Sequence record: PV593634.1
Strand: one strand, 5' to 3'
DNA: 64,000 nt
Shown: in pieces, positions 8,501-17,459 of the stretch
Numbering within the stretch: position 1 is the stretch's first letter
How the letters are laid out: every line of letters starts with the position of its first letter
The notes under the pieces: model-generated
What the model saw: only the letters and a program-made list of their open reading frames with translations
Told to the model about the DNA's origin: nothing
Databases searched by the model: none
Position numbers and translations under genes: made by a program

Positions 8501-8733
8501 TAACTGAAGTTAAAGCTGGTGAAACTTTCCACGTCTGCAAGATGGGACACGGTAAAGCATCACTGGGTGGTCAGAAAGTTGTTATCGAAGTTCCGTCTAA
8601 CGGTTTAAAGTTGGGTGACCGTTTCTTCGCTACAGGTACTAACCGTTTAGTACGTAGACTGACGCTTGGCAACATGGTTGCTGTCCCGGATAAGAATACG
8701 ACTATCCAATATAAAGGTCGTCCTATCGTTTAA
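8476..8733 (+). CDS. small hypothetical beta-rich protein
   Basis: 85-aa ORF, GAGGAG SD inside folA 3' end. Confidence 0.75.
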   Translation: MFKIPDHLVTEVKAGETFHVCKMGHGKASLGGQKVVIEVPSNGLKLGDRFFATGTNRLVRRLTLGNMVAVPDKNTTIQYKGRPIV

Positions 8734-8740
8734 CCCAAAT

Positions 8741-8766
8741 GGGGAGTCGGGTAACACCGGCTCTCC
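8741..8766 (+). terminator. hairpin
   Basis: GGGGAGTCGG-GTAACA-CCGGCTCTCC. Confidence 0.6.
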
Positions 8767-8778
8767 TTAGGAGTTATC

Positions 8779-8898
8779 ATGGATTTATTTTCGCAATTTG
8801 CATTGTGGTGTTTAGGCGCTATTGCTACTGGTTTTGTTTGTACTCTCTTTACACGTGGTTTAACCTATTTGAAAAACAAACTGTTTAAAAAATCTTAA
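8779..8898 (+). CDS. 39-aa single-TM microprotein absent from ORF track
   Basis: TAGGAG SD; MDLFSQFALWCLGAIATGFVCTLFTRGLTYLKNKLFKKS. Confidence 0.75.
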   Translation: MDLFSQFALWCLGAIATGFVCTLFTRGLTYLKNKLFKKS

Positions 8899-8917
8899 AC
8901 AGATATTATTAAAGTGT
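8899..8917 (+). promoter_or_regulatory. putative early promoter motif
   Basis: ACAGATATTATTAAAGTGT, 19-nt identity with 1761. Confidence 0.65.
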
Positions 8918-8948
8918 TAAGGTTATCAAGTTTAATAAGGAGACTTGA

Positions 8949-9611
8949 ATGTCAGAAGTTAATGAAGTAAAGGAAGCGATCAAACCACCTACCGTATACG
9001 AAATGTTTCTATGTGGTTCGATAGATGCTGACAGCGCTACTGAGTTCTGTAAGTTAGCAGGACAGAATTATAATCGTGACCCGTTCGTGATCAACGTCAA
9101 TAGTACTGGCGGTGACGTGAATGCTGGGTTGGTTATTAATGATGTACTGGATACATTCATGACTAACGTTGCGTTTGTGGTGGGTTGTTTCTCAGGTTCG
9201 ATGGCTGTAACGCTAATGCAGAACCCGGAGTACTTCCGACTGGCATATAAAAGTTCACGTTTATTATGTCATGGTCTGAAGGTCACAGTTGTCGGTGGCA
9301 TGGATGAAGTTGCTAACCAATGTAATAACGTCAATGCGGTACGAGAGAACATCATCGATCGTTACTCAAGAGCGTGCGGGTTAGAAGGCGACGAACTGAT
9401 TGAGAAAGTATTCAATAAAGATCGTCTCTATTCAGCCCAGGATGCTTTAGAACTCGGAACTCGTGGACTGATCGATGCGATCATCCTACGCGACTTCGGT
9501 GCTCATAAGTATCTCTGTCGAACTCGTGGTGGGTTGAAGGTCATCGACATCATCAAACATACTCCTCACGACATTCCTGATTTACCAGTATGGGAGCCGC
9601 CAAAGAAATGA
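8949..9611 (+). CDS. clpP: ClpP-like serine protease
   Basis: INVNSTGGDV, SGSMAV (Ser), SRLLCHG (His), DRLYSAQDALELG (Asp), LIDAI. Confidence 0.9.
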   Translation: MSEVNEVKEAIKPPTVYEMFLCGSIDADSATEFCKLAGQNYNRDPFVINVNSTGGDVNAGLVINDVLDTFMTNVAFVVGCFSGSMAVTLMQNPEYFRLAYKSSRLLCHGLKVTVVGGMDEVANQCNNVNAVRENIIDRYSRACGLEGDELIEKVFNKDRLYSAQDALELGTRGLIDAIILRDFGAHKYLCRTRGGLKVIDIIKHTPHDIPDLPVWEPPKK

Positions 9612-10033
9612 CATTCTCATTCATGTGGTTCTTAATCGGTATTGCTATTGCAGCATATATCGCAATGGGACTTAAAACTGCAGGTATGTTCTTCTGGTGT
9701 CTTGGAACTTCTCATGGAAGTAACAGACCTAAGTGGTATCTCCCGATGGAGATAGGTTACCTGATCGGCATGATTCTGGTCTGGCCTTTCTTCTATCTGT
9801 GGTTGTACGCACAGTCGTTTATATCGACTCGCGAACCTAAACATGTAAAGGAACATAAGGGACCGATCTATGTCCATCGTTACATCCCGGAAGCCCAATA
9901 CGCTTGTTACGGAGTGGCGCACAGTTATCACGACGAGAACCCACTGGTCATCTACCAGGACATCAAAACAAAGAAGTTATATCACTGTACGGAAACCTAT
10001 TTTGAGAACAACATGAAGTTGATCTCCAAGTAA
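9608..10033 (+). CDS. membrane protein with C-terminal DUF1653-like domain
   Basis: two TM helices, then YVHRY...YGVAHS...ENPLVIYQD; ATGA overlap with clpP. Confidence 0.7.
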   Translation: MTFSFMWFLIGIAIAAYIAMGLKTAGMFFWCLGTSHGSNRPKWYLPMEIGYLIGMILVWPFFYLWLYAQSFISTREPKHVKEHKGPIYVHRYIPEAQYACYGVAHSYHDENPLVIYQDIKTKKLYHCTETYFENNMKLISK

Positions 10034-10080
10034 GTTGTATTAAAGACAATCCCAATTTAATTAGATATAGGAATAAAGAA

Positions 10081-11646
10081 ATGGCTGAGCACATCGATTC
10101 AATGTTTACCGAAGTTACTTTCACCAACAAAACAGACACTCGTGAAATCGTTAACGAAGTCGTTGAACATGCATTTGAATCTGTATGTTCTACAATGGGT
10201 CCGAATGGTTCTTATGTGGTTATCAACCAGATGAACCGTCCTCGTGTAACCAAAGATGGTGTAAGCGTTGCGAAGGCATTGGACTTCAATGAACCGCGTC
10301 GTAATCTGATTGCTAACATCATTATGGAACCATCGATCAAGACCGATGCTGAAGTGGGTGATGGTACAACTACCACGGTATTTATGACCTATCATTTATA
10401 TCAAGCATTTGGTAGTGATATGACTTTCAAGAATACTCGTTATCTTGATGGCCTGATTCGCGAAGTCGAGAAATTCCTGGGTGGGTTGGTTATTCCTGGT
10501 GATATCAACAGCGATGAATTCCGTAACATGTTGATGACATCTTCGAACTATGAAGAAGAAATCGTTGACAAAGTTCTGGAAATCTATAAGACCCACGCAT
10601 TCCCGAATATCCGTCTGATCAACAGTCCAAGTCTGCCAGCAGATAAGATCGACTATACTTCCGAAATCAAATTCGAAGGTCAGTTCGGTGCACCTAACTT
10701 TATCCCGAAAGGTGATATCCTGAATGTAGGTCGTGGTCAGGCTAAAATCATTCTGATCGATGGTCGTATTGATCGTCTGTCTCAGAAACAGATTACCGAA
10801 ATCAATAGCCTGGGTTTGGTGTTCATCATTGCTCGTAACTTTGAGCCTGGTGTAATCAACGCAATCAACGCAGAGAACCAACGTATCGGTCGCACAACGA
10901 TCCTGCCGTACAAAATCAATGCAGCGGGCACTTTGGGAACTGATACAATTGCTGACCTGGGTAAACTGATTGGTGTCCAACCTCTGTTTGGGATTGACAA
11001 CCTGGATGTTGAACTGGTTAAAGATCCTATTACCGATGTGTATTTCCACACCACAGGCATTCTGCTAGATAAGGATAACCAAACTGTTAAAGATATCTCT
11101 GAAGATATCCTGACTGATCTGGATCCTCGTTATGAAGCAATGTCTGTAATCGATCGTCAAGCTGCAATTGGTTTGGATCTGTTCCGTCGTATCTCTCGAC
11201 TGCGTGCAAATAACGTGATCATTAATGTCTCTGGCATAACACCTTCGGATGCAACCGAACGTTATTATCGTTATGAAGACGTAATGAAAGCTGCACGTAC
11301 GGGTCAACAGTTCGGCGTAATTCCAGGTATCGGTTACGGCTACCTGAAAGCGTCTGACTTCGTCCTGGGCCTTCCTGCGCAATCTGATGAGGGACTTGAG
11401 CATTGTCGCAAGGTATTAGCGGAAGTACTGTGTGCTCAGTATGAACATTTAACCGGTTTCGAATATAACAATGATGGCGATGCGATCTTTGTTGATCTGG
11501 TAACTGGTGAAGAGTCTCGTACTCCGATGAATGTTTATGATAACGCAGCGGCTACCATGACAGCACTGAAAGGTGCATGGCAAACTGCTAAGACTCTCGG
11601 CAAGATTAGTAACGTAATGGGCCGTAGTAATAAAACCTATTCATAA
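10081..11646 (+). CDS. groEL: GroEL-like (group I) phage chaperonin
   Basis: TMGPNG, VTKDGVSVAKAL, EVGDGTTTT, YEDVMKAA, GVIPGIG; no GGM tail. Confidence 0.95.
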   Translation: MAEHIDSMFTEVTFTNKTDTREIVNEVVEHAFESVCSTMGPNGSYVVINQMNRPRVTKDGVSVAKALDFNEPRRNLIANIIMEPSIKTDAEVGDGTTTTVFMTYHLYQAFGSDMTFKNTRYLDGLIREVEKFLGGLVIPGDINSDEFRNMLMTSSNYEEEIVDKVLEIYKTHAFPNIRLINSPSLPADKIDYTSEIKFEGQFGAPNFIPKGDILNVGRGQAKIILIDGRIDRLSQKQITEINSLGLVFIIARNFEPGVINAINAENQRIGRTTILPYKINAAGTLGTDTIADLGKLIGVQPLFGIDNLDVELVKDPITDVYFHTTGILLDKDNQTVKDISEDILTDLDPRYEAMSVIDRQAAIGLDLFRRISRLRANNVIINVSGITPSDATERYYRYEDVMKAARTGQQFGVIPGIGYGYLKASDFVLGLPAQSDEGLEHCRKVLAEVLCAQYEHLTGFEYNNDGDAIFVDLVTGEESRTPMNVYDNAAATMTALKGAWQTAKTLGKISNVMGRSNKTYS

Positions 11647-11652
11647 CTAGTA

Positions 11653-11680
11653 TCGGGCCGAGGGTAATTCCTCGGCTCGA
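11653..11680 (+). terminator. hairpin after groEL
   Basis: TCGGGCCGAGG-GTAATT-CCTCGGCTCGA. Confidence 0.75.
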
Positions 11681-11727
11681 ACTCATGTCCTCTTATTCTT
11701 TTTGGTTTCCAACTAGAGGGCTCAGTT

Positions 11728-12009
11728 GTGTTATTAAAAAAGATAGCGGCAGCAAAAGGAGCTGGGCGTAAACAGATAGCAGAGTTGGACAATGTTGTTG
11801 GCTGTTTGTTTATGGCTGTGGTATTTAGTTTGGCTGTCATTGAGGGCTACTTCGTTTTTGGTTATTTCGGTATGGGTGTTTTAGTGACTCGCATTGGTGG
11901 AATAATTTTTGAAGTGAGACGCAATTTATTTGATAGACCTTTCTTTCACTACCTGTTACTCATCGCTATACCCGGTGAGATCTTTTATGACTTATTTTTG
12001 AGTAAGTAA
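11728..12009 (+). CDS. membrane protein (start uncertain)
   Basis: hydrophobic ORF filling the gap before tdk. Confidence 0.55.
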   Translation: MLLKKIAAAKGAGRKQIAELDNVVGCLFMAVVFSLAVIEGYFVFGYFGMGVLVTRIGGIIFEVRRNLFDRPFFHYLLLIAIPGEIFYDLFLSK

Positions 12010-12020
12010 GGAAATGAACA

Positions 12021-12605
12021 ATGGCCAGTTTATATTTCTATTATAGTTCCATGAATGCTGGGAAATCTATTGATCTGCTGCGTTCTAACTATAACTATCT
12101 TGAACGTGGGATGAAGACACTAGTCCTCAAACCCGCAATCGACACTCGTGAAGAAACGGCAGTCGTTCGCTCACGTATTGGGTTAGAGGTTGAGTGCGAC
12201 CTCTTCAAACCTGACGATAACCTATGGTGGGTTGTTAATCGCGCGCTGGGTATCACTAACCAGATCCATTGTATTTTCATAGATGAAGCACAGTTCTTAA
12301 CACCAGAACAAGTTAATCAATTAGGTCGCATCACTAACGAGCTTGATATTCCGGTTCTGTGTTATGGGTTACGGACTGACTTCCAGGGTAATCTTTTCCC
12401 AGGTTCTGCCAAGTTACTTGGTATTGCTGATAAGCTTACGGAATTGAAAACGATCTGTTGGTGTGGATCTAAAGCGACAATGGTTCTTCGTATGGACGAG
12501 GATGGTAATGTCGTTCGCGATGGTGCACAGGTCCAGGTTGGTGGTAACGACACTTATGTTTCTGTGTGTCGTAAACATCATGCTGATGGGCGTGGTCACT
12601 GTTAA
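12021..12605 (+). CDS. tdk: thymidine kinase
   Basis: SSMNAGKS, FIDEAQFL, YGLRTDFQGNLFPGS, CWCG, YVSVCRKH. Confidence 0.97.
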   Translation: MASLYFYYSSMNAGKSIDLLRSNYNYLERGMKTLVLKPAIDTREETAVVRSRIGLEVECDLFKPDDNLWWVVNRALGITNQIHCIFIDEAQFLTPEQVNQLGRITNELDIPVLCYGLRTDFQGNLFPGSAKLLGIADKLTELKTICWCGSKATMVLRMDEDGNVVRDGAQVQVGGNDTYVSVCRKHHADGRGHC

Positions 12606-12619
12606 GTTGGAAACTATTT

Positions 12620-12647
12620 CAGACCTATATCATCTAAGTGTAAATAC
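12620..12647 (+). promoter_or_regulatory. putative early promoter
   Basis: CAGACCTATATCATCTAAGTGTAAATAC, near-identical to 5664. Confidence 0.65.
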
Positions 12648-12679
12648 ATTAACGTATTAAACCTACTGGAGATATAGAT

Positions 12680-13033
12680 ATGACTAATTTCATCGAAGAC
12701 ATGATCGAAGAAGGCTTCATCGGTAACAAAACTAAACCATCTGGTCTGATGGCTACAGTTGAAAACATTGTTGGCGAAGGTCGTGGTAACATGGCTGCAG
12801 CAATCGCTGGTGTAGCTGGTGCTGTTGCATTGGAACTGGTAAGTCCTACTGGTTCTAAAACTTCTGCTGTAGTTGCAGCAGTAGCTGGTGGTGCTGCAGT
12901 TTATGCTGCTCGCGATCTGATCAATGCAGCTCCTACCAATACACCTCTGGCTACTGGTATCGGTGTGACTTCTGCATACATCGGTATGCTCGGCGGTCGT
13001 GTTGCAGCTGATTACTTCCCAGGCAACGTGTAA
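12680..13033 (+). CDS. Gly/Ala-rich hydrophobic (glycine-zipper-like) protein
   Basis: three small-residue helices, GGAG SD, own hairpin downstream. Confidence 0.8.
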   Translation: MTNFIEDMIEEGFIGNKTKPSGLMATVENIVGEGRGNMAAAIAGVAGAVALELVSPTGSKTSAVVAAVAGGAAVYAARDLINAAPTNTPLATGIGVTSAYIGMLGGRVAADYFPGNV

Positions 13034-13038
13034 CATAA

Positions 13039-13059
13039 AGGCTACCCTTAGGGTAGCCT
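13039..13059. terminator. hairpin
   Basis: AGGCTACCC-TTA-GGGTAGCCT. Confidence 0.75.
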
Positions 13060-13141
13060 AAACTCTTTATCATTCTTATTTTTTTCGATATCCTATGGGG
13101 ACTATCCTGTCTCTTACTTTTAAACAGAATGGAATACCATT

Positions 13142-13996
13142 ATGAACAAACTCCCTACTTGTAATCAGTACCTGCTGGATATCTTTACTTCGGCTAAGCT
13201 TAAAGCAGCTGCTAATATTAAAGATCCTGCACAGCGTGCTAAACAAGAGAAGTTCTACACCGACGTTAAAGAAGATGAATGCACCTTCTCTCGTCCTGTA
13301 ATGAAAGATGGTAAATGGTCTGTTGACATTACCTGTGTAGCGCGTGGCTGGAAATATGAAGGTCTGCGTTATAACACTGGTAGCTTACCTGCTCTCGTTG
13401 CTCCTAAATCAAACTACACCATCGCTGTTGAGAAACTGCGCAGTCAGACCATCACTGGTTTGTATTTTGCTGTGGATAAAGAAACTCTGCATCTGGTACT
13501 GCAACCGCATTCCAACATCTGGGAAGCACTGCGTATGACTGGTTATGAATTCTCTCCTAACGAGTTCTCTGTAACCAACTATAACAGTCGTGATGAAGTT
13601 AAAGTTGCTGATGGTCATATCGACATTCGTAACACCGTTGTTGCTGGTCGCATCTACATCACTAACGTAGCTCGTTATCAGACGTCAGCTCCTATTCCTG
13701 AAGAGTCCCCGGTTACTTCTGCTAAGATCGAATTTGAAGGTAAAGTAGAAGAAATGGTTGGTACTCCTGCTGAAGGTGTGCAGCTGGAACCAGCTGATCA
13801 TCCTGAAGCGGTAATTGCTCCGGTGGAAGAAGAGAAACCTTTCGTGGACTTTAAAGCTCTGGGTGATGGTGCTCTGGAAGCTGTAGCTAAAGCTCAAACT
13901 GAGGAAGAAGAAATTCAGGCTCTGTTGGATGCTGAAGCTAAAGAAGAAGTTGTTGAAGAGAAACCTGTTCAGCAGCAGAAGTCTAAGCGTAAATAA
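13142..13996 (+). CDS. hypothetical protein with acidic C-terminal tail
   Basis: 284-aa ORF, strong codon bias. Confidence 0.85.
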   Translation: MNKLPTCNQYLLDIFTSAKLKAAANIKDPAQRAKQEKFYTDVKEDECTFSRPVMKDGKWSVDITCVARGWKYEGLRYNTGSLPALVAPKSNYTIAVEKLRSQTITGLYFAVDKETLHLVLQPHSNIWEALRMTGYEFSPNEFSVTNYNSRDEVKVADGHIDIRNTVVAGRIYITNVARYQTSAPIPEESPVTSAKIEFEGKVEEMVGTPAEGVQLEPADHPEAVIAPVEEEKPFVDFKALGDGALEAVAKAQTEEEEIQALLDAEAKEEVVEEKPVQQQKSKRK

Positions 13997-14001
13997 TACC
14001 A

Positions 14002-14037
14002 CTAGAGCGGGGGAAACCTCGCTCTAGATTATGTTTG
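14002..14037 (+). terminator. hairpin with TTATGTTTG tail
   Basis: CTAGAGCGGGGG-AAA-CCTCGCTCTAG. Confidence 0.8.
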
Positions 14038-14051
14038 CCATTTGAAAATGG

Positions 14052-14071
14052 ATAGATATTATCTATGTGTA
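14052..14071 (+). promoter_or_regulatory. putative early promoter motif
   Basis: ATAGATATTATCTATGTGTA. Confidence 0.55.
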
Positions 14072-14101
14072 TGGCTTGAACAATTTAACTAAGGAGTTAA
14101 C

Positions 14102-14587
14102 ATGAATTTGATTAATACGTTTCCCGATGACATCTCCCATCTGAAACACGTTATTCAGAAAGTCGTTGAAGCTGGGATGGAACATAAGAAAGAACATTCT
14201 GGTAAAAACGTCAGTGCTTCCGTTAAGCTTAATCACGAATACATGCGAAACCGTTCGCCTAAGTTCGTGGCTAAGTTAATCTATAGTGTAAGCACTAAAA
14301 ACCACGATACCACTTCTGTTAGTAATAATGAAGTGAAACTGGAAGAAGGTGAGAACTATACCTATGACGCTCTGAACGAGTTGATCAATGGAGTGCTCGA
14401 TGCTTCTGCTCAGGAAACCAGTACCAACTTAGCTTATGGGATTAACCCCACAGCTGATGACATTAAAGACTACGCAATGAATGTCTTTAACTCCGCCCTT
14501 CAATCTGTCGGTATCCGCTGGGATGTAACAGCCGTTATTGTGGTTGAAGGAATAAATATATCGAAATTCACCGTAGTAATTGGTTAA
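14102..14587 (+). CDS. hypothetical protein
   Basis: 161-aa ORF, AAGGAG SD. Confidence 0.85.
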   Translation: MNLINTFPDDISHLKHVIQKVVEAGMEHKKEHSGKNVSASVKLNHEYMRNRSPKFVAKLIYSVSTKNHDTTSVSNNEVKLEEGENYTYDALNELINGVLDASAQETSTNLAYGINPTADDIKDYAMNVFNSALQSVGIRWDVTAVIVVEGINISKFTVVIG

Positions 14588-14606
14588 CTTTAGAAAGGAA
14601 TAAAAC

Positions 14607-15380
14607 ATGTTGAATCAAATCGCCGCTGCGCTCAAGATCTCTTTGGCAGAATGTAAAGATATTCAAGATCCAACCGAATACGCCAATGCGATCGTAGCGA
14701 CTTTGACTCGTTACAAAACCAACATCTTTAAGATGATCTGTAAGGAAATGATAGTTCATCAGGACCCTAAAGAAATTATTCAGTTCCGTATTGGTGGTAG
14801 TTTCCGTAGTGTGCAAGGTTTCAACAAACGCGCTTCTATCCATTCGTCGGATATTGTTGTACTGTATATCGGTGTGATCTTCCCCAATCCAGAAGGTCGT
14901 ATGAACCGTGAGAAAATCGCCAGTCTGTCCGTAGACATTACCGACATCATTGATCAGGAGAAAATCTTAGGGTTAACGCCCAACTGTCATATGAACTGTG
15001 CAGATGCTCAGAAAGCCGGTATCAAAGATGAGATCGAAGTCCCAGGTTTGTATCACTCCATGGAACGTGGTGCTGATGACATTAATAGTTTCATTTTCCA
15101 GTTTAACAGTCGTGTAGCCGAGGAAATGGAAATGGAGATCTATCTGGCTAAGGCTGTTAATATGCCGAACGATCCTCGTAAATCTATCAACGAACTGAAT
15201 GGTATCAAAGATCGTTATCCTGAGAACTTCCCGCCTAAGTCAGCGCTGGATATTCCCATGGAAGAAACCATCCGCGATAAACAGATCCGTTTGTTGAAAG
15301 ATCGTATCGGTGAGAAAGTTCCTGGTAGTCGTCCTATCAAGAAGAAACGTAAACAATCACCGCGGCCAGTTAAGGCGTAA
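14607..15380 (+). CDS. hypothetical protein
   Basis: 257-aa ORF, AAAGGA SD, basic C-terminus. Confidence 0.85.
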   Translation: MLNQIAAALKISLAECKDIQDPTEYANAIVATLTRYKTNIFKMICKEMIVHQDPKEIIQFRIGGSFRSVQGFNKRASIHSSDIVVLYIGVIFPNPEGRMNREKIASLSVDITDIIDQEKILGLTPNCHMNCADAQKAGIKDEIEVPGLYHSMERGADDINSFIFQFNSRVAEEMEMEIYLAKAVNMPNDPRKSINELNGIKDRYPENFPPKSALDIPMEETIRDKQIRLLKDRIGEKVPGSRPIKKKRKQSPRPVKA

Positions 15381-15382
15381 AC

Positions 15383-15426
15383 AACATAAGACCCCTACCC
15401 CTCCTTGCGGAGTGGGTAGGGTTATC
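15383..15426. terminator. conserved bidirectional hairpin, copy 2
   Basis: CCCTACCCCTCC-TTGC-GGAGTGGGTAGGG between convergent ORFs. Confidence 0.85.
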
Positions 15427-15443
15427 TTAATCATTATTTTTAT

Positions 15444-16082
15444 TTACGGGTTTGTGGCTTTGAGTCTTTCTTCGAGTTCATTGATGTACGCGTAGAGTTG
15501 TTGGTTCTCGGTAACGAGTTTCTCATTGCGTGCTAAATCTGAAGGATTCTCAGTGATGGCCTGCTGTCTTGTTTTCTCCCAAGCATCTGATTGCTCTTTA
15601 GAGATATAAGCACGAGTAGGTACGACACCGATAGTCGTTCTTGGATTCTGAATCCCGATAGAAGTTTTAATGTAGTTATTGATATGTTCAACAGCCGCAT
15701 TAATACGATCTTTAAAACCTGGAGGACAAGCACCTAAGTCAGCAATGATACAGATGTGTTCTAAGATAACACCATCAACCAACGGGAATGACTTCATGTA
15801 TGTAGAAAGAACATACACGGGTTTGTTTCCACGACTGGTTAATGCAATCACAACAGCTTCGTCAGTGATGGCCTGATCGATATATGTTTGTGCTTGATCT
15901 TGAGCAATGCCAACTGGTTCTAAAACCAGCTTCCAAATATCTACCTTCTCTGCCAGTAACATTTGTACTGTATCGACAGACTCAACAGTATAGAAGACCG
16001 CAGGATCGACTATAGTGTTAAAAGGACTATTCGCTTCAAACGAACCTTCAGCCCAAACCGCTGGTATCAGGTTTTGACTCAT
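15444..16082 (-). CDS. putative virion structural protein (phiKZ-like core block)
   Basis: 212-aa ORF coupled to upstream gene; C-terminal coiled coil; context. Confidence 0.6.
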   Translation of the reverse strand: MSQNLIPAVWAEGSFEANSPFNTIVDPAVFYTVESVDTVQMLLAEKVDIWKLVLEPVGIAQDQAQTYIDQAITDEAVVIALTSRGNKPVYVLSTYMKSFPLVDGVILEHICIIADLGACPPGFKDRINAAVEHINNYIKTSIGIQNPRTTIGVVPTRAYISKEQSDAWEKTRQQAITENPSDLARNEKLVTENQQLYAYINELEERLKATNP

Positions 16083-17410
16083 TCGACGATAACTCCATCT
16101 TGAACGAATTGATAACGAGTTGCCATGGTTAATTTAACCTTGGAACTACGACGCGTAATATAGAGCTTACCGTCCTTCATTACACGCTGAATACCTTTAG
16201 GCGGCATGCCATCAGGAGTAACGATTTCACCCGCCGCTAACATCTCCTCCACATCCATAATGAACTTGGTTGTGTCTTTAGACATCATACCAGCCTGGGA
16301 GTCAGTAGAAGGAATTAACTGGTAGTCAGGGAAGATATCGATAATCTGATCACGACCACCATGGTTCTTAGGCTTACCGACAAATGCCATGTGGATGGAC
16401 TTATACAGATGTGGTAGGATCTGCGTTGATTCTATGACGCTGTCATCTCCCCAGAAACCACCGTACTGCTTGGGAAGTACCAGTCCATCTTTCACTGTAT
16501 AGATAGGCGTATAGGTAGAACCCCGCGGTGTTTCGTTGATCAGACCCAATTGGTTCCAGAATGGAACTACTGCGAATTCCAGTGGGTTGAAGAGATCAGG
16601 GATAATGTCAGCCCAATCGTCCTCAGGATACTTGGAATGATCAAGAATACATTTCTTAATCGTTTCGTAGGTTTCCTCTTCTGCGTCGTTAGGGTTACCG
16701 TAATAAATGACAGTCCAATCCCCACGGTTGTAGTTGGGTTTGTTCAGACGGTCATAAATGTCGAACGACATTACGATACGTGCGGTGTATGGGTTGGTGT
16801 TATCACCAACAAGTTTCTGTACACGTTCTTCGATCTTGGCGGTAGTTTCCTCTTGCAGACGAAGTGCTACTTGTTTGTAGTTCTTCTCAGCGAGGTAATC
16901 GATATCGTCAATCGGAATAGGATGTACGACGTAAATTTCGCGGTATGGGAATTCTACACGGAAGTATTCATTAGCGAACCAGATCTTGAATTCGTTAACA
17001 ACGCCTCCAACGTCCAACGTGAAAGAAATGCTAGACGGTAGCCAAATCGCATTATTGGTAATCATCTTGCCAACATCGTTCCACACCCACCCGGTAGTAT
17101 AGGTTGCTTTGAGAAGTTGTAAACAACTCTGTGAACTTTCAGTTGTTTTGTTCTCTGTTGCTTGGGTGTACAGCCAACCGCACATTTGAAGTACGGGCGC
17201 TGCGAATTCGGCAGGGATCTTCTCATACATAGAGGTAGCGGAAACGCCACGGAAGACGAACAAGTCAACTGGGTTAGTATCTGCTCCGAAGTAGATGTCA
17301 GGTTCCTTCGAATACGTCTTGGTGCTATTGGTTAGCTCACCAATAGGAGAAGTTGATCCATTGATCACAAGGTCATGGATTACGGCAAAGCAACTATAGA
17401 GTGTTGACAT
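16079..17410 (-). CDS. putative virion structural protein (phiKZ-like core block)
   Basis: 443-aa ORF; position next to RNase H-like gene as in phiKZ-like phages. Confidence 0.6.
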   Translation of the reverse strand: MSTLYSCFAVIHDLVINGSTSPIGELTNSTKTYSKEPDIYFGADTNPVDLFVFRGVSATSMYEKIPAEFAAPVLQMCGWLYTQATENKTTESSQSCLQLLKATYTTGWVWNDVGKMITNNAIWLPSSISFTLDVGGVVNEFKIWFANEYFRVEFPYREIYVVHPIPIDDIDYLAEKNYKQVALRLQEETTAKIEERVQKLVGDNTNPYTARIVMSFDIYDRLNKPNYNRGDWTVIYYGNPNDAEEETYETIKKCILDHSKYPEDDWADIIPDLFNPLEFAVVPFWNQLGLINETPRGSTYTPIYTVKDGLVLPKQYGGFWGDDSVIESTQILPHLYKSIHMAFVGKPKNHGGRDQIIDIFPDYQLIPSTDSQAGMMSKDTTKFIMDVEEMLAAGEIVTPDGMPPKGIQRVMKDGKLYITRRSSKVKLTMATRYQFVQDGVIVE

Positions 17411-17459
17411 ATTGTAACCTTTTAGCTATAATAAATTATTTCAAGTGGTGGAATAGAAA

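Noticed and set aside
10099-11403. Long antisense ORFs (98-217 aa) opposite groEL, and similar ones opposite 16079, 19394, 22625, 24623, 47995 and 61518
   Set aside because: Shadow ORFs expected from strong codon bias on the coding strand; no SD and no recognisable motifs.
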